In this document: positions 49,779-62,653 of the stretch, in pieces
How positions within the stretch are numbered: position 1 is the stretch's first letter
How the letters are laid out: the number at the start of each line of letters is the position of its first letter
DNA from: Sarea resinae
Lineage: Eukaryota
Length of the DNA: 64,000 nt
Reading direction: 5' to 3'
NCBI GenBank assembly: GCA_026026165.1
Contig: JAPEUD010000018.1
Location: 186,001 to 250,000 of the forward strand
Program-made: the position numbers and the translations under genes
The notes under the pieces: generated by a model
What the model was told of the DNA's origin: nothing
What the model saw: only the letters and a program-made list of their open reading frames with translations
Databases searched by the model: none

Positions 49779-50680
49779 ATCCCCCCCACCTCATCCTCAT
49801 CCTCGTTCAAACAACCTGTCACCCCCGCCATGCCACCGCCTACAAACAACAACCCACGTCGATACATGACTACCCACGTCAACTCACAGCCCCACCACAA
49901 CAGAACCCTCGGCCCTCAGCCTCAGCCTTAGCCCTCACAAGCCCTCCCTCCTCACAGGGCAGCCCTACAAACCAAACACTCTCCCATCCATCATCTCATC
50001 TACATTCAGCACCCTCCCATCCATCCTCCCATCCACTTCAGCAAGACCTCTCCTCTTGGCGCCGGCCCTCTCGACATCCCCCCTCCCGTAAATAGCACTC
50101 GCTCGAATCACCATCCCCATCCACATTAGATCACATCACAACACATTACATGTACTTATACACTTCTGTATACATAATACCAGATCTCCCATTCTCACCA
50201 AAACCAGAATTCAATATGTAAATCGACACATCCATCCCATCCCATCCCATCCCATTCCATCCCAACACATCCGATCTCATCTCATCACCAGCTCCAACCT
50301 CTCCCCTGAGTGTGCGTGCATCTCAATCTCAATCTCAACCTCCCGACGCATTCCAAGTCAGCTTTGCATTTGCACGTGCGTCCGGTCCGGCTTTGGATCT
50401 GGAATTGGAATTGGATTCGGACTTGGATTTGGATTTTGGATTTTGGATTTCGATGGAGAATGTGGACGGCCGGGGCGGGCGGGGCAAGTCAAGGGAGAGC
50501 AGTGAGATTCTCGGGTGGGTTAGAGAGCCTAGTTTTTGTATGAGGGTAGGACGGCGGCTTTGTTTTTGTTTTTTTTTTGGTCATGGGAATGTTGAGTGCT
50601 GATTGCGGACGGGACTGCGGGAAGTAGGTCACTGGTTACTGACCTCGAACACCGGCCCCAACAGCAAAGTCTAGTACAGC

Positions 50681-50682
<2 letters not shown>

Positions 50683-50714
<32 letters not shown>

Positions 50715-50816
50715 CCAGAGAGCCAGACAACCAAACAGCGAGACAGCGAGACAGCGAGACAGCGAGACAGCCAGACAGCCAGACAGCCAGACAGCCAGAC
50801 AGCCAGACAGCCAGAC
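50683..50816. repeat. Compound microsatellite (AG)n + (ACAGCGAG)n + (ACAGCCAG)n
   Basis: Direct reading; lies just downstream of the stop codon of the minus-strand gene ending at 50873. Confidence 0.92.
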
Positions 50817-50872
50817 AAAAAACAGCACCACGAACCCCCCCCACCTCCCCCCCGCCGCCCCTCTCTCGAATC

Positions 50873-52390
50873 TCAAAGCGCCCATTCCTCATTCCAGAAC
50901 GCCACCAGCAGCGCCCGGTCTTCAGCGGAGAAGTACTCGTCGAGCCGCGCCCCCGCGTCCCCCTTTCCTTCTCCGCGATTTCCTCCCCTCGCGGTGGTGG
51001 TGGGGGGGGATATAGCCATAGCACTAGACGTAGACGCGGCATAAGTGCTAGCGTCTACATTCCTCTCCACCGTCCCCCCCGTCGCCGCGGTAGCCGCAGC
51101 AGCCACGTCCCGCAAGGAAGTGAAGACGTCGCTAAGCACGTTGCAGGTATGGGTCGAGAGCGGTGTTGGCGGCGAGAAGGGCGTCAGGTGGCTCAGGAGC
51201 TGGAGGGATTGGATGGCGAGGCTGGGGTTGGGGTTGGTGTTGGTGCTGATGTTTTCGGTGAACGTGTTGGCGGTTGGGAAGCTAGAGGGGGCCCGAGGAT
51301 TGGGATGGAGATGGGGACGGGGGTGGTGAGGCAGGCCGAAGAGATAGGTAAGGTGCGTTTTTAGTGTCTGGGATAGATGTGAGGGGTGAGTGAGGGGGAG
51401 GATGGGCGGGGGTAAGGGGGTAGAAGCAAGGCGGTGGGGCTGGAGCGGGAGAGAGAGTGGGTCAGGGAGGAGCCTGGGCGGTGGAAGTGGTGGTGATGTT
51501 AGTTGCGGGATGGAAATGTGGGAGCGAGGCGGGAATGGGAGGAAGAGAAGAGTGAAGAGTGAAGGGCAAGAGAAAGGGGGAGGAGAATATTACACACAGA
51601 AGCTGTAACTCCATCAACGCCTGCACAGCCGCACTGCTTTCATCGCCACCGCTATTGTTGCCAGTCCCTCCAGCTAGTGTTTTGTGTCCGTTCCCTCTTG
51701 TTTCTCCTCCTTCGCCGCCGCCTCGGTCTGCGTTATCCATAAGCAATACCACACCCACACCCACACCGCCCGTGAAAACCATCATCCTCTCCACGCGTCC
51801 CACCGTCTCTTCTTTTCTCCCGGGGGACAGCGAAGAAGGGGTCAGGAGGATGAAATAGAGCCGTGAGGGTGTATTTCTGCCTTTCTCGTCCATTTTTTCA
51901 TCGTTGTCGTAGTCGTTGTTGACTACTGCCACGGGGCGAGATGAGAACTGCGATGATTGTAGCGGCCGGGGTTTTAGAGGTGGTGCTGGTGGAAAAGAGG
52001 CAGGGATGGCGAGGCTGATGTCGTGGGTTTTGAGCTCGGCCGCTAGAGGGTGGGTAAGGGTCGTTAGCCTGAGAAGGGTGAGTGCAGATGCTGTTGGCAG
52101 TTTGAGTGTCTGCTTTGATAGCTTTATCGTGTATATGGAGGGTTTGCACCATGCTCTCTTTCTGCATTTCCCGTAGAGACCGTGGACAAGGCAAGACAAA
52201 CAAACGAAACAAGAAGAGCTAGCACTCGCGCGCCAGGCCAGAGAGCCCTCAAGACGCAAAAGGCGGAATCGAACAGAAGGGGAGAGAGAAACGCACCTCT
52301 AAGACCCAAGCCGCCTTCACTGGCGGGAGTCTCGAGCCCCGGGATGGCGAGGCGCCATTGTGCGTGCTGCAGAAGGCGGAGACTGTACAT
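50873..52390 (-). CDS. Conserved fungal hypothetical protein, possibly SPO16/ERCC1-like; 5' end uncertain
   Basis: ORF 51462-52259 (FILLTPSSL...VERMMVFTGG...VVLLM...ALMELQLL) is spliced via intron 51597-51474 into an open frame ending LSTHTCNVLSDVFTSLRDVA...LLVAFWNEEWAL*. A tentative first exon starts at ATG 52390. Confidence 0.6.
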
Positions 52391-52921
52391 CTCGCTCTTT
52401 CTACCATTGAATTGTAATGTGAGTTTCTTTATTTCGTTTGTGCGTGGAGCTTGGAAGGCTTTGTGGGTTGTGATTGATTGGGAGCGATGCGGGTGATGGG
52501 GGCTGGTTCGGCAGGTCGGGATGGAAATAGGTGGAAGTTGATGAAACCATCTGCATTAGATGAGATTTTTGGCGCGAAGAGGATTGTGCTCGTTGCCGGA
52601 GAAGGTAGCAGCAGACAAGTAGACCGAAATGGAGATATCCTGGCTGGAATTTATTGAATTTTCTCTTATCTTCTCTACTTACTCTACCCTGCTTTGAAGT
52701 AAGTGATTAACTAACTCTGTCTCGACTCTTTCTTCCGCACTCATCTCATCTCATCACCTAGTCCGACCCCACCTCCACTGCCTCCACAAAAGGAACAACA
52801 GAAGTGAGAAGAAATAGACAGCGCACGAAGCCAAGCCAGATCTGCTTCAGCCTTCGCCTGAGCCACGCTTACAACAACGATAACAACGGCAAGGCAGAAG
52901 GGTAAAACTTTCCGCCTCACC

Positions 52922-55900
52922 TCACCAATCATCGTCATCATCCTTTTGGCCCTGCATAGCCGATTGCCGTTGGCGTAACTAATTCAGCCTAGTCAGCCAA
53001 TCGATCATGTTTGGAAAATAAAAGCAGAGGGATAGAAAGAAGTAGAGGTAGATGGAAGGGGAAAAGATTCCAGAAGGGAAACAAAAGAATCAAATCAAAA
53101 CTCACAGCCTCAGCCAAACCACCGGCCAAACTGATATTACTAGAACTATTCGGCGTTCCCCTGCCACTCGCATCACTGCCATCCGCCATGCCGACGCTCA
53201 TTCCGCTATCCCTCGGCGCGGGTGGCGGTGCCGGCTTCCGTGCCCCCGGTCGTTTGGCTGGCGGTACAGGCGGTGTGGGTTTTGCTTTGACAACGGGGGG
53301 ACGAGAGGTGCCATTTGCAGTTGCGCGAGGGACGGCAGCTGGTGCAGGAGGCGGTGGTGGTGGAGTCGGTCTGGGAGCAGCCTCTTCCTTGAGGTAGGCC
53401 GAGGGCGTCCAGCCTTGGGAGGCGCCGTTTGATTTTTTGGCGAGCCACCAGCCTATAGAATTTCAGTACTAGAAATTGGGAAGTTGACACAAAAACTTAC
53501 CATTTGCTTCTTTCTGAAGGACGATGACGATTTCGTCTTTGACAATGGTGAGTTCGTTCTGGCTCTGGCCTGCGAAGTCGTAGAGAGCGCGGTAGACGGG
53601 TTCTTGTGATGCTGGTGGTGCCGACGGTGGTGGCGGCGGAGGACCACGCGACGAGCCTCTCGAAGAGACGGATGAGGCAGAATCGGCACGGGTGTGGCCG
53701 ATGCCGCTGAGGGCGGCTACTGACTGTGGTACTGGTCTTGGTTGTGCGGCGGCGGGTTGTGCAGGTGTTGGTCTTGGCACCGCTTGAGGAACTGGTCGTG
53801 CGGCTGCAGGACGTGATGCCAGCTTTGATGGACCACCGCCAGGACCCCCAGGTCGTAATAGCTTTCCCTTGGTGATGGGCTTCGAAGCGACTTGCTTTCC
53901 GCGAGGAGTTGGCTTAGACACGGAATTGGCTGGCTCTCCTTGTCCAGTATGGATGGTGCTACTCTTGTAGAGGTCATCTCGAGGGACTGTCGAGTCCTTT
54001 ACCACCTTGATGACCGCGGTCTTGCCCGGCTTCTTGTTGTACTCGATACTGCCAATGGTCAGCCTGGGTCTTCTTCAGCTACAAGCATGTGCTTACGATG
54101 GGCCAATTCGCAAATCCAAGCTACCTCGAAGCGCGTTCTTCAAATGCGTGAAAAATTCCGTCTTGAACACGCAACTGAGCAATGGATCCGGTTCATTAGG
54201 CGATCCGATTCCCAGGGAAAACCAATCGTCTTTGAGTTGAGAGGTGCCGACGTATCTGATAGCGCCGATAGGAACCGTCCGTTCGGCGTGTATGGAAAGT
54301 TGATGATTGACCATGGACTGTAGAACGATGTAGACATTCTTGTTGGTCTAGAGCGTCGTCAGTCTTCTCTTCAGGATGAGGCTGCGGAGTAGTCTTACCA
54401 GCACCAGCATTCGGGGACTTGGTTTACTGGATCGTCCAAGCTTAGAAACCAACAAATCACATCTGCACGAGAAAAGGACCCTCTCGTTGCCTGGTTTGGC
54501 ATTTTAGCATGGTTTCCACAATGCTAGCATGCTCGACTCACCACTGATACCGACTGAATTTCGGATGACTTCGCCCGGCCCACCATTATTCCCAACGCCG
54601 AGGTAGTCGCCCAAGAATCGCCTTGATCCTACCAGACTATATCTTCGTCGTTCCTTGCGACCTCCTAAGACTTTGTGACCCTGATCACGCAATTGAATAA
54701 ACTCCTTCCCTCCATTGAGCTTCCTCCAGAATCTCTGAATTCTTGTAGCGCATTCAATGCGATACCGAAGATAGTTTCTCCAGGCCCGCTGGATTCGAAT
54801 GGCCATGTTGTGCCAGTACCGATCTCTCATGTGCTCTAGAGCGAAAAGGGTCTCGGGTGTTTTGATGAAAGCTTTAGTGACACCCATCTGATACTCCTCA
54901 GCTGGTATGCTGGTATCTTTCAGGATCTGCTTGGTACCAGAATGCGCATCTCCTGTCCACGTATAATCTCCTGCGTACGACGTCTTTGGCGAAAGAAGAT
55001 AAAATCTCTCCACGAACTTCTCAAAGGTTTGCCGATAGGCAAAGCCGGCTCTCCGAATCCGGACATTCTCTTGCAAACCAAGGTATTTGATTTGATGAAG
55101 AACATTGGGCGAATTGTATTCAGTTGGAGATTTGTTTTCGTTGGGCTTGATTGTTCGAATGTATGAGGGTGATGCTTTCGAGAGGGTCGCAACGAGGTCA
55201 TTGGCGGAAGCCTTGATCTTATCACCGGCCGTTGGGGGTCGACGCTTGTTGTCCTGGTCGACCTGATGCGGGAACAAAGCATGGACAAACTTGTTCGAAC
55301 TTTGACCCACCAGATTGAGCAAATCCTTCAGCAGCTGGTCCTTGTTCTTGTCCGTCATGCCTTGAACGGCATAGGTCACATCACCAGCATAGTGCTTGAT
55401 GATGAACTGGCCCTGTCTTGGCTGGAAGTTGGGATTGGAAGAGAGAGCGTTCAACCGCTGCACAAATGTCTGATCAGCAGCCGTAGGATCAGCATGTGCC
55501 GTGGCACAAGCGTCGTTCAGTGCTGCAAACACTCCCGGAGGTCTCTTCTCTTCTATCAGCTCGCAAACCACCTTGTTGTCAAAGTACTTGATCGGAGTCC
55601 ATTGAATCTGCTCTCGAGCATACTCCTCCTGCTCCGTCTTCAGCGTCAATTGAATAAAAATCTGTTGCAGCTTCTCGTTGACGTAGTTGATGCAAAGTTG
55701 CTCGAAGCTGTTCTTCTCAAAGATCTCGAAGCCGTAGATGTCGAGAATGCCAATGGAATGTGCGACCGATTCTCGAGCCCGTAAAGAGACGTTCAGTCGC
55801 TCGACTATCCAATCAAATAGATTGAAATATATGGCTTTTGATAGAGCATCGCGAACCGCGACCGCCTGTGCCGGATTGAGTGGCACTTCGTAGACGGAGC

Positions 55901-57286
55901 CTCTACGACCTCCTCGGCTAGTCTCTACCACTCGTAACGTGAGGGCTTTGTTGACGTGCGAAGGGTCAACCTCTAGCAGGTAGGCAAAGAACTCCACAAC
56001 CGATTGATCAGTGATAGCAGCGTTCCCGTCATCGTTTTCACCAAATTGAACATTGCCAAGCCACAGAATAGCAGCCAACATGCGGAAGATGTCATCCTGC
56101 TCTGCTTGCGTTAAGCCTATGATTTTCATCGCACCGATAGTGTCTTTAAAGTCGTTATGGTCATCGATGCCGTCAACGTCGAAGCATTTTGATCTGCTAG
56201 TGTAAATGTATGATTGAGGCTGTTGAATGCCGAACATTTCTGTTCTCTTCGTCAATACTACCACTAATCTTCGATCACGGAAACAAACCTACCTCGATAA
56301 TTTTGTGATGCGGCTTTCGTGAATTGATAAAAAATATGGAAGTTCCGCTCGTTCGCGATCTGGCCCACCACTCTCGACTTCTCCAACAGATAATTGGTAA
56401 TGTTCGCTCCAACCGGCTCGCCCTGCCCGTTGAACTGCAGCTCCAAATATTTTCCGAAACGTGACGAGTTGTTGTTCTTCAACGTCTTCGCGTTTCCGAA
56501 CGACTCCAACAATGGGTTGGTTGCTAGCACCATATCCTTGGTCTCCTGGATTGCCGAGTTGCTTCCCCCTGATACGTTCGCAATATATTGCATAAGTCGC
56601 TTTGCAGCCTCGGTCTTACCTGCGCCCGATTCACCAGAGATGATGACGCACTGATTGTCCTTATAGGCGTTCATGTTGTAGTAGGCTGATTCGGCGACTG
56701 CGAAGACATGAGGTGGGACCTGGCAAAGGTTAGTATGGCATTGAGATTGTGACGCGCACCGCGGTTCGACAAACCTCTAATCGGTTCTTCCCTCGATAGC
56801 TATCTAATACGTTATCCGTATAGATTCCCACTTTGTCATGTCAGCGAGGGTTCAACTGCCGTGCGTGTAAGGGGTGGCTCACAATCTCGGAATGGATTGA
56901 CGGAGACCAGCACATGTCCAATGTACGTCTATCAACGCTGTCAGACGCTTCGTCTTCAATTGGAACACCAGGCTCCGCTTTCAAGCATCACTCACGTAGA
57001 TTTCCGCATTCTCGAATCGCTTCTTGAGGTTGTCGTTTATTGCCTCGTTGGAGATCTTGCTGATGAGCGTCAGATCCGAGACGCCGACTTCCTTCTTCTT
57101 CGTGGACTCGAAGATAGCCTTCTTGACTTGTGGCTTCCCTTTGGCGCCGCCTGCGCTTGGTTGCGTCTTTGCATTGGCGGCGTCCTTCTTGCGCCCCGCA
57201 CGCTTTGTTACAGCCTGAGAGACAGATAAGAGGGTTAGTTTGGAGAAGCCTTGCGCCTGTCCGTCATGATCAGAGAATCATACCAT
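52922..57286 (-). CDS. MYO1: Class I myosin (motor, IQ, TH1, SH3, acidic C-terminus)
   Basis: P-loop [32 protein letters not shown]3 ALYDFAGQ...GWW and C-terminal acidic KDDDDDW*. First coding exon is ATG only (57286-57284). Confidence 0.97.
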
Positions 57287-58242
57287 GCTGGGCTGCCTGG
57301 TCGCCCCTCAGAAACGTCTGGCAGAATGGTGCGCCGAAGATTCCGCAGAGGTGGTGGAGTTCTTGAAAGGGAGAGTTCAGACTTATGAGATAGTTGGGCC
57401 CGATACGGCGTGGTAATGGGCGCAGAAGAGGAGCTTTTGCCTAGCACATCGAGGAATCCGCCACGAGCAATGAAGGAAAAGAAAAAAGAGTCGTCAGCAG
57501 CCGGTACAGACACCGAAGACGCTTTTGCTGTCTCACGCTGGATACCCGATTCGAGGGAGCTTCGGGGGGCTGTCACCGTGCAGTGGTGGGAAGGCAAGGT
57601 AGGCAGTTTGGTGAGGTAGCCGTATATTGGATAAGGTTGCCCATACGGGCCCAACTACCTACTCAGTACTCCATTACTCGTCATCAGCCACAATCATCGC
57701 CAACTTCGCACTCGCCAGAGAGCGGGTGCGTCGTATCTGCTTAAGTCAGCATCGGCTACGCCACAGCACAGCCCTCCAGCTGTCACCATGAGAGACCGCA
57801 AAGACCCGCTGAAACCCCCTGGACGCGCAATCATCCTCACCGTGCAGCACTCAGATGGAGATGTGCTGATAAGGTTGTTCACACCTCTACAGCTGACGTC
57901 GATTCGTTCCTATTCAGGACCGAACACATCACATTCTACATCATCCTGGGAAAAAAAGAGTCTCGAGAATTCAAGCCTCACTGCTGGAGGATGATCTTGA
58001 CTTGAAACACTGCACAAGATGGCATTCGTCTTCGAGACACACATCACGAGTCATGATGGAGCAGCAGCCATGATTCTCTGCGTCGCCTCATCACGTTCCA
58101 CAGATATCGCGGTGAGATAAGGTAAAGGATGAAGGGAGATGTATTCCTATTGAGCATCGTCGCTTTTCTCATAGACTCATTACAAGGACCGTTAGAAGAA
58201 GAGCCTTTTCGGGATTTTGGAGGACCAGTAGAGGAGCTTCCA

Positions 58243-59424
58243 TCAATTCAAAAACTTGCCGGCCAATTTCATGAGTCCGCCCATCCCGCCCGACTGCCCA
58301 CTTGATTGCCCGCCTCCACCGCCGCCCATGGCACTGGCCAAGCCTCCCATAATGCCTCCCGCTCCGCCTCCGCCTCCGCCTCCACTCATCTCACTCTTCG
58401 CGTACATCTTGAACGCCATCTCCGCGGCTTTGTTGACCGCACTCTGCTTGTCCGCACCGCCAGCAACTCCACCGCCCGCGTTCTGCTTATCAAAGAGTTG
58501 AGAGGCTTCCTTCATGGCCATGCCGATGAAATCGTTCTGCGATTGCCCTCCTGTCTGTCCTTGACCTTGTCCTGATGCGCCGCCGCCACCAGTAAATTTC
58601 TTCAAAGCTTGCATGGCAGCTGCTGTACCCAGGCTTCCAGCTGTAGCACCTGCAGCCATGCCGCCGAATCCTCCTCCACCGCCACCACCCCCGCTGCTGT
58701 TGTTGTTGTTGTACATTTGTTGGTGATTTGCCACGGCCGAGGACTCATCGATATCGCCCTGAGCAATGGAGTGGTGATTTTTAGAGAGGTGCGAGAGGGC
58801 GTTCGAGAACATGGAGGATTCTTCATCATTGTGGGCATGAGAGAGCGCACCGTCGAAGTTTGGTGCGCCTTGCTGCTGGCCTCCTCCTCCTCCTCCACCA
58901 CCGCCACTGTAGCCACCACTGGCATAGGGGGTACCGGAATTGCCGTGGTCGTAGTTGCTTGGCTGCATTGGACGGGACTGGTGGCGGGGTGGGGGCTCCG
59001 AGGGCGCGCCGTATTGGTTGCTGTTATTGTCGTTTTGGGAGTAATAGTTGTCTCCGGGAGGACCGCCTCCGCCGTACTCGGAGGCGTCTTGGGGACGCGA
59101 GTATTCGCTTTGCTCTTGCTGGTGATGGTGATGTTGGCGCTGTTGACCTTCGCCGTCGTACTCTTGCGGTCTGCCTCCTCCATATTGGTCCTGCCCCTGG
59201 CCGTACTCTTGCTGCCTACCTCCTCCGTACTGTTCTTGGCCATACTGTTGTCGGCCTCCGCCACCACCTCCTCCCTCATACCCTCCTGCTCCACCTCCGT
59301 AGCCCTGCTCTCCGTAGCCTCCACCCTGGCCACCACCGTATTGGCCTTCTTGTCTCCGACGATCACCACCGTCACCGTAGCCGCCGCCGCCGCCGCCACC
59401 ACCGTAATTGTCGTTGTAGGACAT
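58243..59424 (-). CDS. Gly/Gln/Tyr-rich protein with conserved helical C-terminal domain (DUF7721-like)
   Basis: Intronless 393-aa ORF. Low-complexity G/Q/Y/N N-terminus; C-terminal LGTAAAMQALKKF...FIGMAMKEASQLFD...KQSAVNKAAEMAFKMY. Confidence 0.85.
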   Translation of the reverse strand: MSYNDNYGGGGGGGGYGDGGDRRRQEGQYGGGQGGGYGEQGYGGGAGGYEGGGGGGGRQQYGQEQYGGGRQQEYGQGQDQYGGGRPQEYDGEGQQRQHHHHQQEQSEYSRPQDASEYGGGGPPGDNYYSQNDNNSNQYGAPSEPPPRHQSRPMQPSNYDHGNSGTPYASGGYSGGGGGGGGGQQQGAPNFDGALSHAHNDEESSMFSNALSHLSKNHHSIAQGDIDESSAVANHQQMYNNNNSSGGGGGGGGFGGMAAGATAGSLGTAAAMQALKKFTGGGGASGQGQGQTGGQSQNDFIGMAMKEASQLFDKQNAGGGVAGGADKQSAVNKAAEMAFKMYAKSEMSGGGGGGGAGGIMGGLASAMGGGGGGQSSGQSGGMGGLMKLAGKFLN

Positions 59425-60534
59425 GTTTATCGAATGAGCTTGGTTTCAACCTTCGAGATTGACTCCGAGGCCAATATCGTGATATTTGCGGAGATGAGAT
59501 CTGAGAATGCTCGAAAGCGGGGTAAGGCGAAGGAAATTCAGAGGTCGTTATGGTCGATGCAGTGAATGGATAGGAAGAGGGTAAGATGATGCAAGCTTGA
59601 TGAACTGATGGATGAAGGATTGATTCAATGAATGGATTGTAGGTAAGATCAAACTTCAGGACGAGGGGATGTAGTCGTTATATAGAAGACGAATCAGCAA
59701 GGAAGAGAGAGCCCTGAGGGTTGAGTTTCAGATGTCAGGCAGGAAGATGGTATTATTGGTGTAGGCATTCGTGTGACACGCGTGGCTGCGCAGCCTGATG
59801 TGGATGTCTATGACGCAAGCGGGGCAGGCTTGGGGCTGGGCGGGCGGGCTGTTGCTAAATCCAGAACTCAACAAACTACAACCGATGGAAGTCAACGGCA
59901 TCTGGCAGCAATGCCACACACTAATCTTTCAATTACTAATTGATACAGCATAAGAATCAGTAGATGTGGATAGGGTTTCTTGACACATCAGTCTTGTTAT
60001 CAAAGAGAGGGGAGAAGGATCTATTTAACATTTGATTTATCATGTAGAGATTGGAGAATAGTGAACATGCCAGCCTATATGCCCGAGTCGGATTTGTTTT
60101 GCTCTTTCTTGACTTTCAGCTTTGGTCCCTTTCGACTTGAACCCAAAGGAGAAAACAGCACCCATCTCTCAAGTCATACCGACAGCAAGAAAATTGCTAT
60201 TGTAAGCACGTCCGAGGGAGCCTTTCACATCTCTCCAGACCCTTAGGATTCCTATACTTATGCACTAGCGATGACTTCTGCATAGAGGCAGGAGCGTTCA
60301 GGAGAGCACAACAGGAATGACAAGTAATTACTAGAAATTAAAGGCTGCGCAAAAGAGACGAGACGTATGCAGTGATGATGGCTCAATGGTACGATACACA
60401 TAAGATGAATTAAAACCGACCCCCTCACTTCTCCAAACCACCCAATTACCTATCCACGACTCGTCCAACAGTGCAATCGACACATCTTTCCAACTGATGA
60501 CTAGAATTCAAAAGATTGACTACCATATGGATAT

Positions 60535-62653
60535 CTAGTTACCGCCGAAGACGTTGCCGCAACCCCAGTTCCGCTCAACGCCGAATTCACCGGGTTGCTT
60601 CCATTCATCATTCCTAGAGGCTCATATTAGCGATGTGTGCAGAGATAGAAGACTGATGATACAACTTACTCCCATGAGAACATGACAGACTTGCTACCGG
60701 CGGCTTGGGTGATCTGCTGGATGGCAGTCGACTGCTCGCTGGTACCAGGGATGGCCTGGCCGTTGGAGCCAGATCCGGAACTGGGCCAGCCGGTCTCAAG
60801 GTTGTAGGCGTCCTTGCCGGGGCAGGCGACCTCGACGAGCTTGAGTTGAGCGGCGACGAAGGCACCGGCCATGTCGGCTGCAATGCCGGAGTTGAAGAAG
60901 GGGTGCAAGTTGGAGGCTACAACATCAATAACACCGCAGAGCGAGCCAGTGTTTTCTTGGAGGGTATTGAGGGGCTCGGTGGTGGTGCAAGGCCCAGTGT
61001 AGCCTGCGCCAGAGAACTTGCTCTTGCACGAAGAGATGAAGTTGGCGAGGTCGGAGCCACTGCAATAGCCGTTGAAGATTGCCTCGTTACCGATGACAAT
61101 CATCTCGACGAGATCCCACTGAGCCCAGTTGAGGATGTCGGTGACTTGGCTCTCGGCACCAGAGATTCCGGAGCTGGAGATGAAGATACCAAGAATGATC
61201 TTCATGCCATTTGCCTTCGCGGCGTTGCCAACATTCTCGAGACCGCTGCAGTCGGTGCTGTAAATACGGACAGCCTTGAAGCCCTTTCCAGCAATGGCAG
61301 CAATGTCGGATGCGACGGCGCCGGAATCCTTGCAGCCTCCACTCGAGGTGTATGGCGAGTATGCCATGGCCCAGAGGTTACCGTTAGCAGAGATGGAGCC
61401 ACTTGCTGAAGCAGACCAGCTTCCCGAAGCAGAAATACCCCAGCCTGAAGTACCGGAGGCAGAGCCGGAGGAAGTCGGGGTAGATGAGCTGGAAGCGGAG
61501 CTTGACCAGCTAGCCGCGCTGCTGGACGGAGATGCAGAGCTAGACCACGATGAAGAGGCAGACGAAGACCACGAAGACGAAGCGGGTGAGGACGAAGGCG
61601 AAGCGGACGAGGACCACGAAGAAGAAGTAGACCAGGCAGAGCTGCTGCTGGGCGACGCCGAGCTAGAGGAAGGAACGTAGCTCGAGGTGGGGATAGCCGA
61701 CGAAGTGCTGTTCACCGATGGCGAAGGGATGTAAGACGATGCGGCCGACGACACGGGAGTGGTGATGTTGACGGGCGCCGGCGTCGAAGTTGGGATAGAC
61801 GACGAGTAGGTGGTGTTAGGCGACGGCGTCGCGAACGGGCAGACGAACACATCCGAAGTCGTAGTGATGGTCACCGTCGTGGCAGACTGAGTGTAGGTGC
61901 CTGGGGTGTAAGTCGTTGGCACCGGGTACGTGACGGTGCTAGTCTGGTTCAGCGTCGTAGTAACAGGCGCAATCGTGTAGGTGCCAGAGGTTGGGCAGAC
62001 GTAAGTCGTCGTGTAGATCGTGCTTGTCGTCGCGGAACCAGTCGTTTCAACGGTTGCGTAAGGCAAGGTAACAGTCGTCGCCGAAGGAACAACGGTGGTA
62101 ACACCTCCAATTGTCTGGACACCCGGGGAGCAGACGGTTGAGGTTGCGACGGGAACAGTCGCAGTAGAGGTGAGAGTGATAGTCGAGGCCGGGATGGTGT
62201 AGACTCCAGTGGAAGTGAACGTCGTCGTAGACGGAGTGGGAACCGTCGCCGGAGCACTTGAAGTTGGCAAGCTTGGGGTCGACGTATTAGATGCCGCAGT
62301 TGGTGACACCACAACCGTGGAGAGCTGGGTGGAAGCTATACAGTAGAATTAGCATGGTAAAGAATGCCATATTCGAGGCTCAATTGCTTTGCGGGACTCG
62401 ATTCATTGAATCCTCAGCTTGGCAGCGGCCTCTCGTCACATCTCGACCGTCAGACGGATGAGAAAAGGAAGAACTCACTGGCTTCAGGCACGTAGACGGT
62501 CACAGTGCTGACGCATGTGCAAGTCGGCTCACGAGCTTCCAGGGCGTTGCGCAGGTGGAAAGCCTCATGAGCGTGACGGCGGTTGTGAGAGGAGCCGGCG
62601 ACCACCGTGCCCAGAAGGGCCGAGGCCGCGAGTGCGAAGGCTCCAGCTTTCAT
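60535..62653 (-). CDS. Secreted GH17 cell-wall beta-glucanase/glucanosyltransferase (BtgE/Scw11-like) with Ser/Thr-rich stalk
   Basis: Signal peptide MKAGAFALAASALLG; Thr-rich repeats; VRIYSTDC, VIGNEAI, NLHPFF and ETGWPS; last exon ENDEWKQPGEFGVERNWGC; two introns. Confidence 0.93.

Noticed and set aside
50683..50816. Regular repeat arrays that might suggest CRISPR
   Set aside because: Eukaryotic microsatellites without unique spacers or cas genes.
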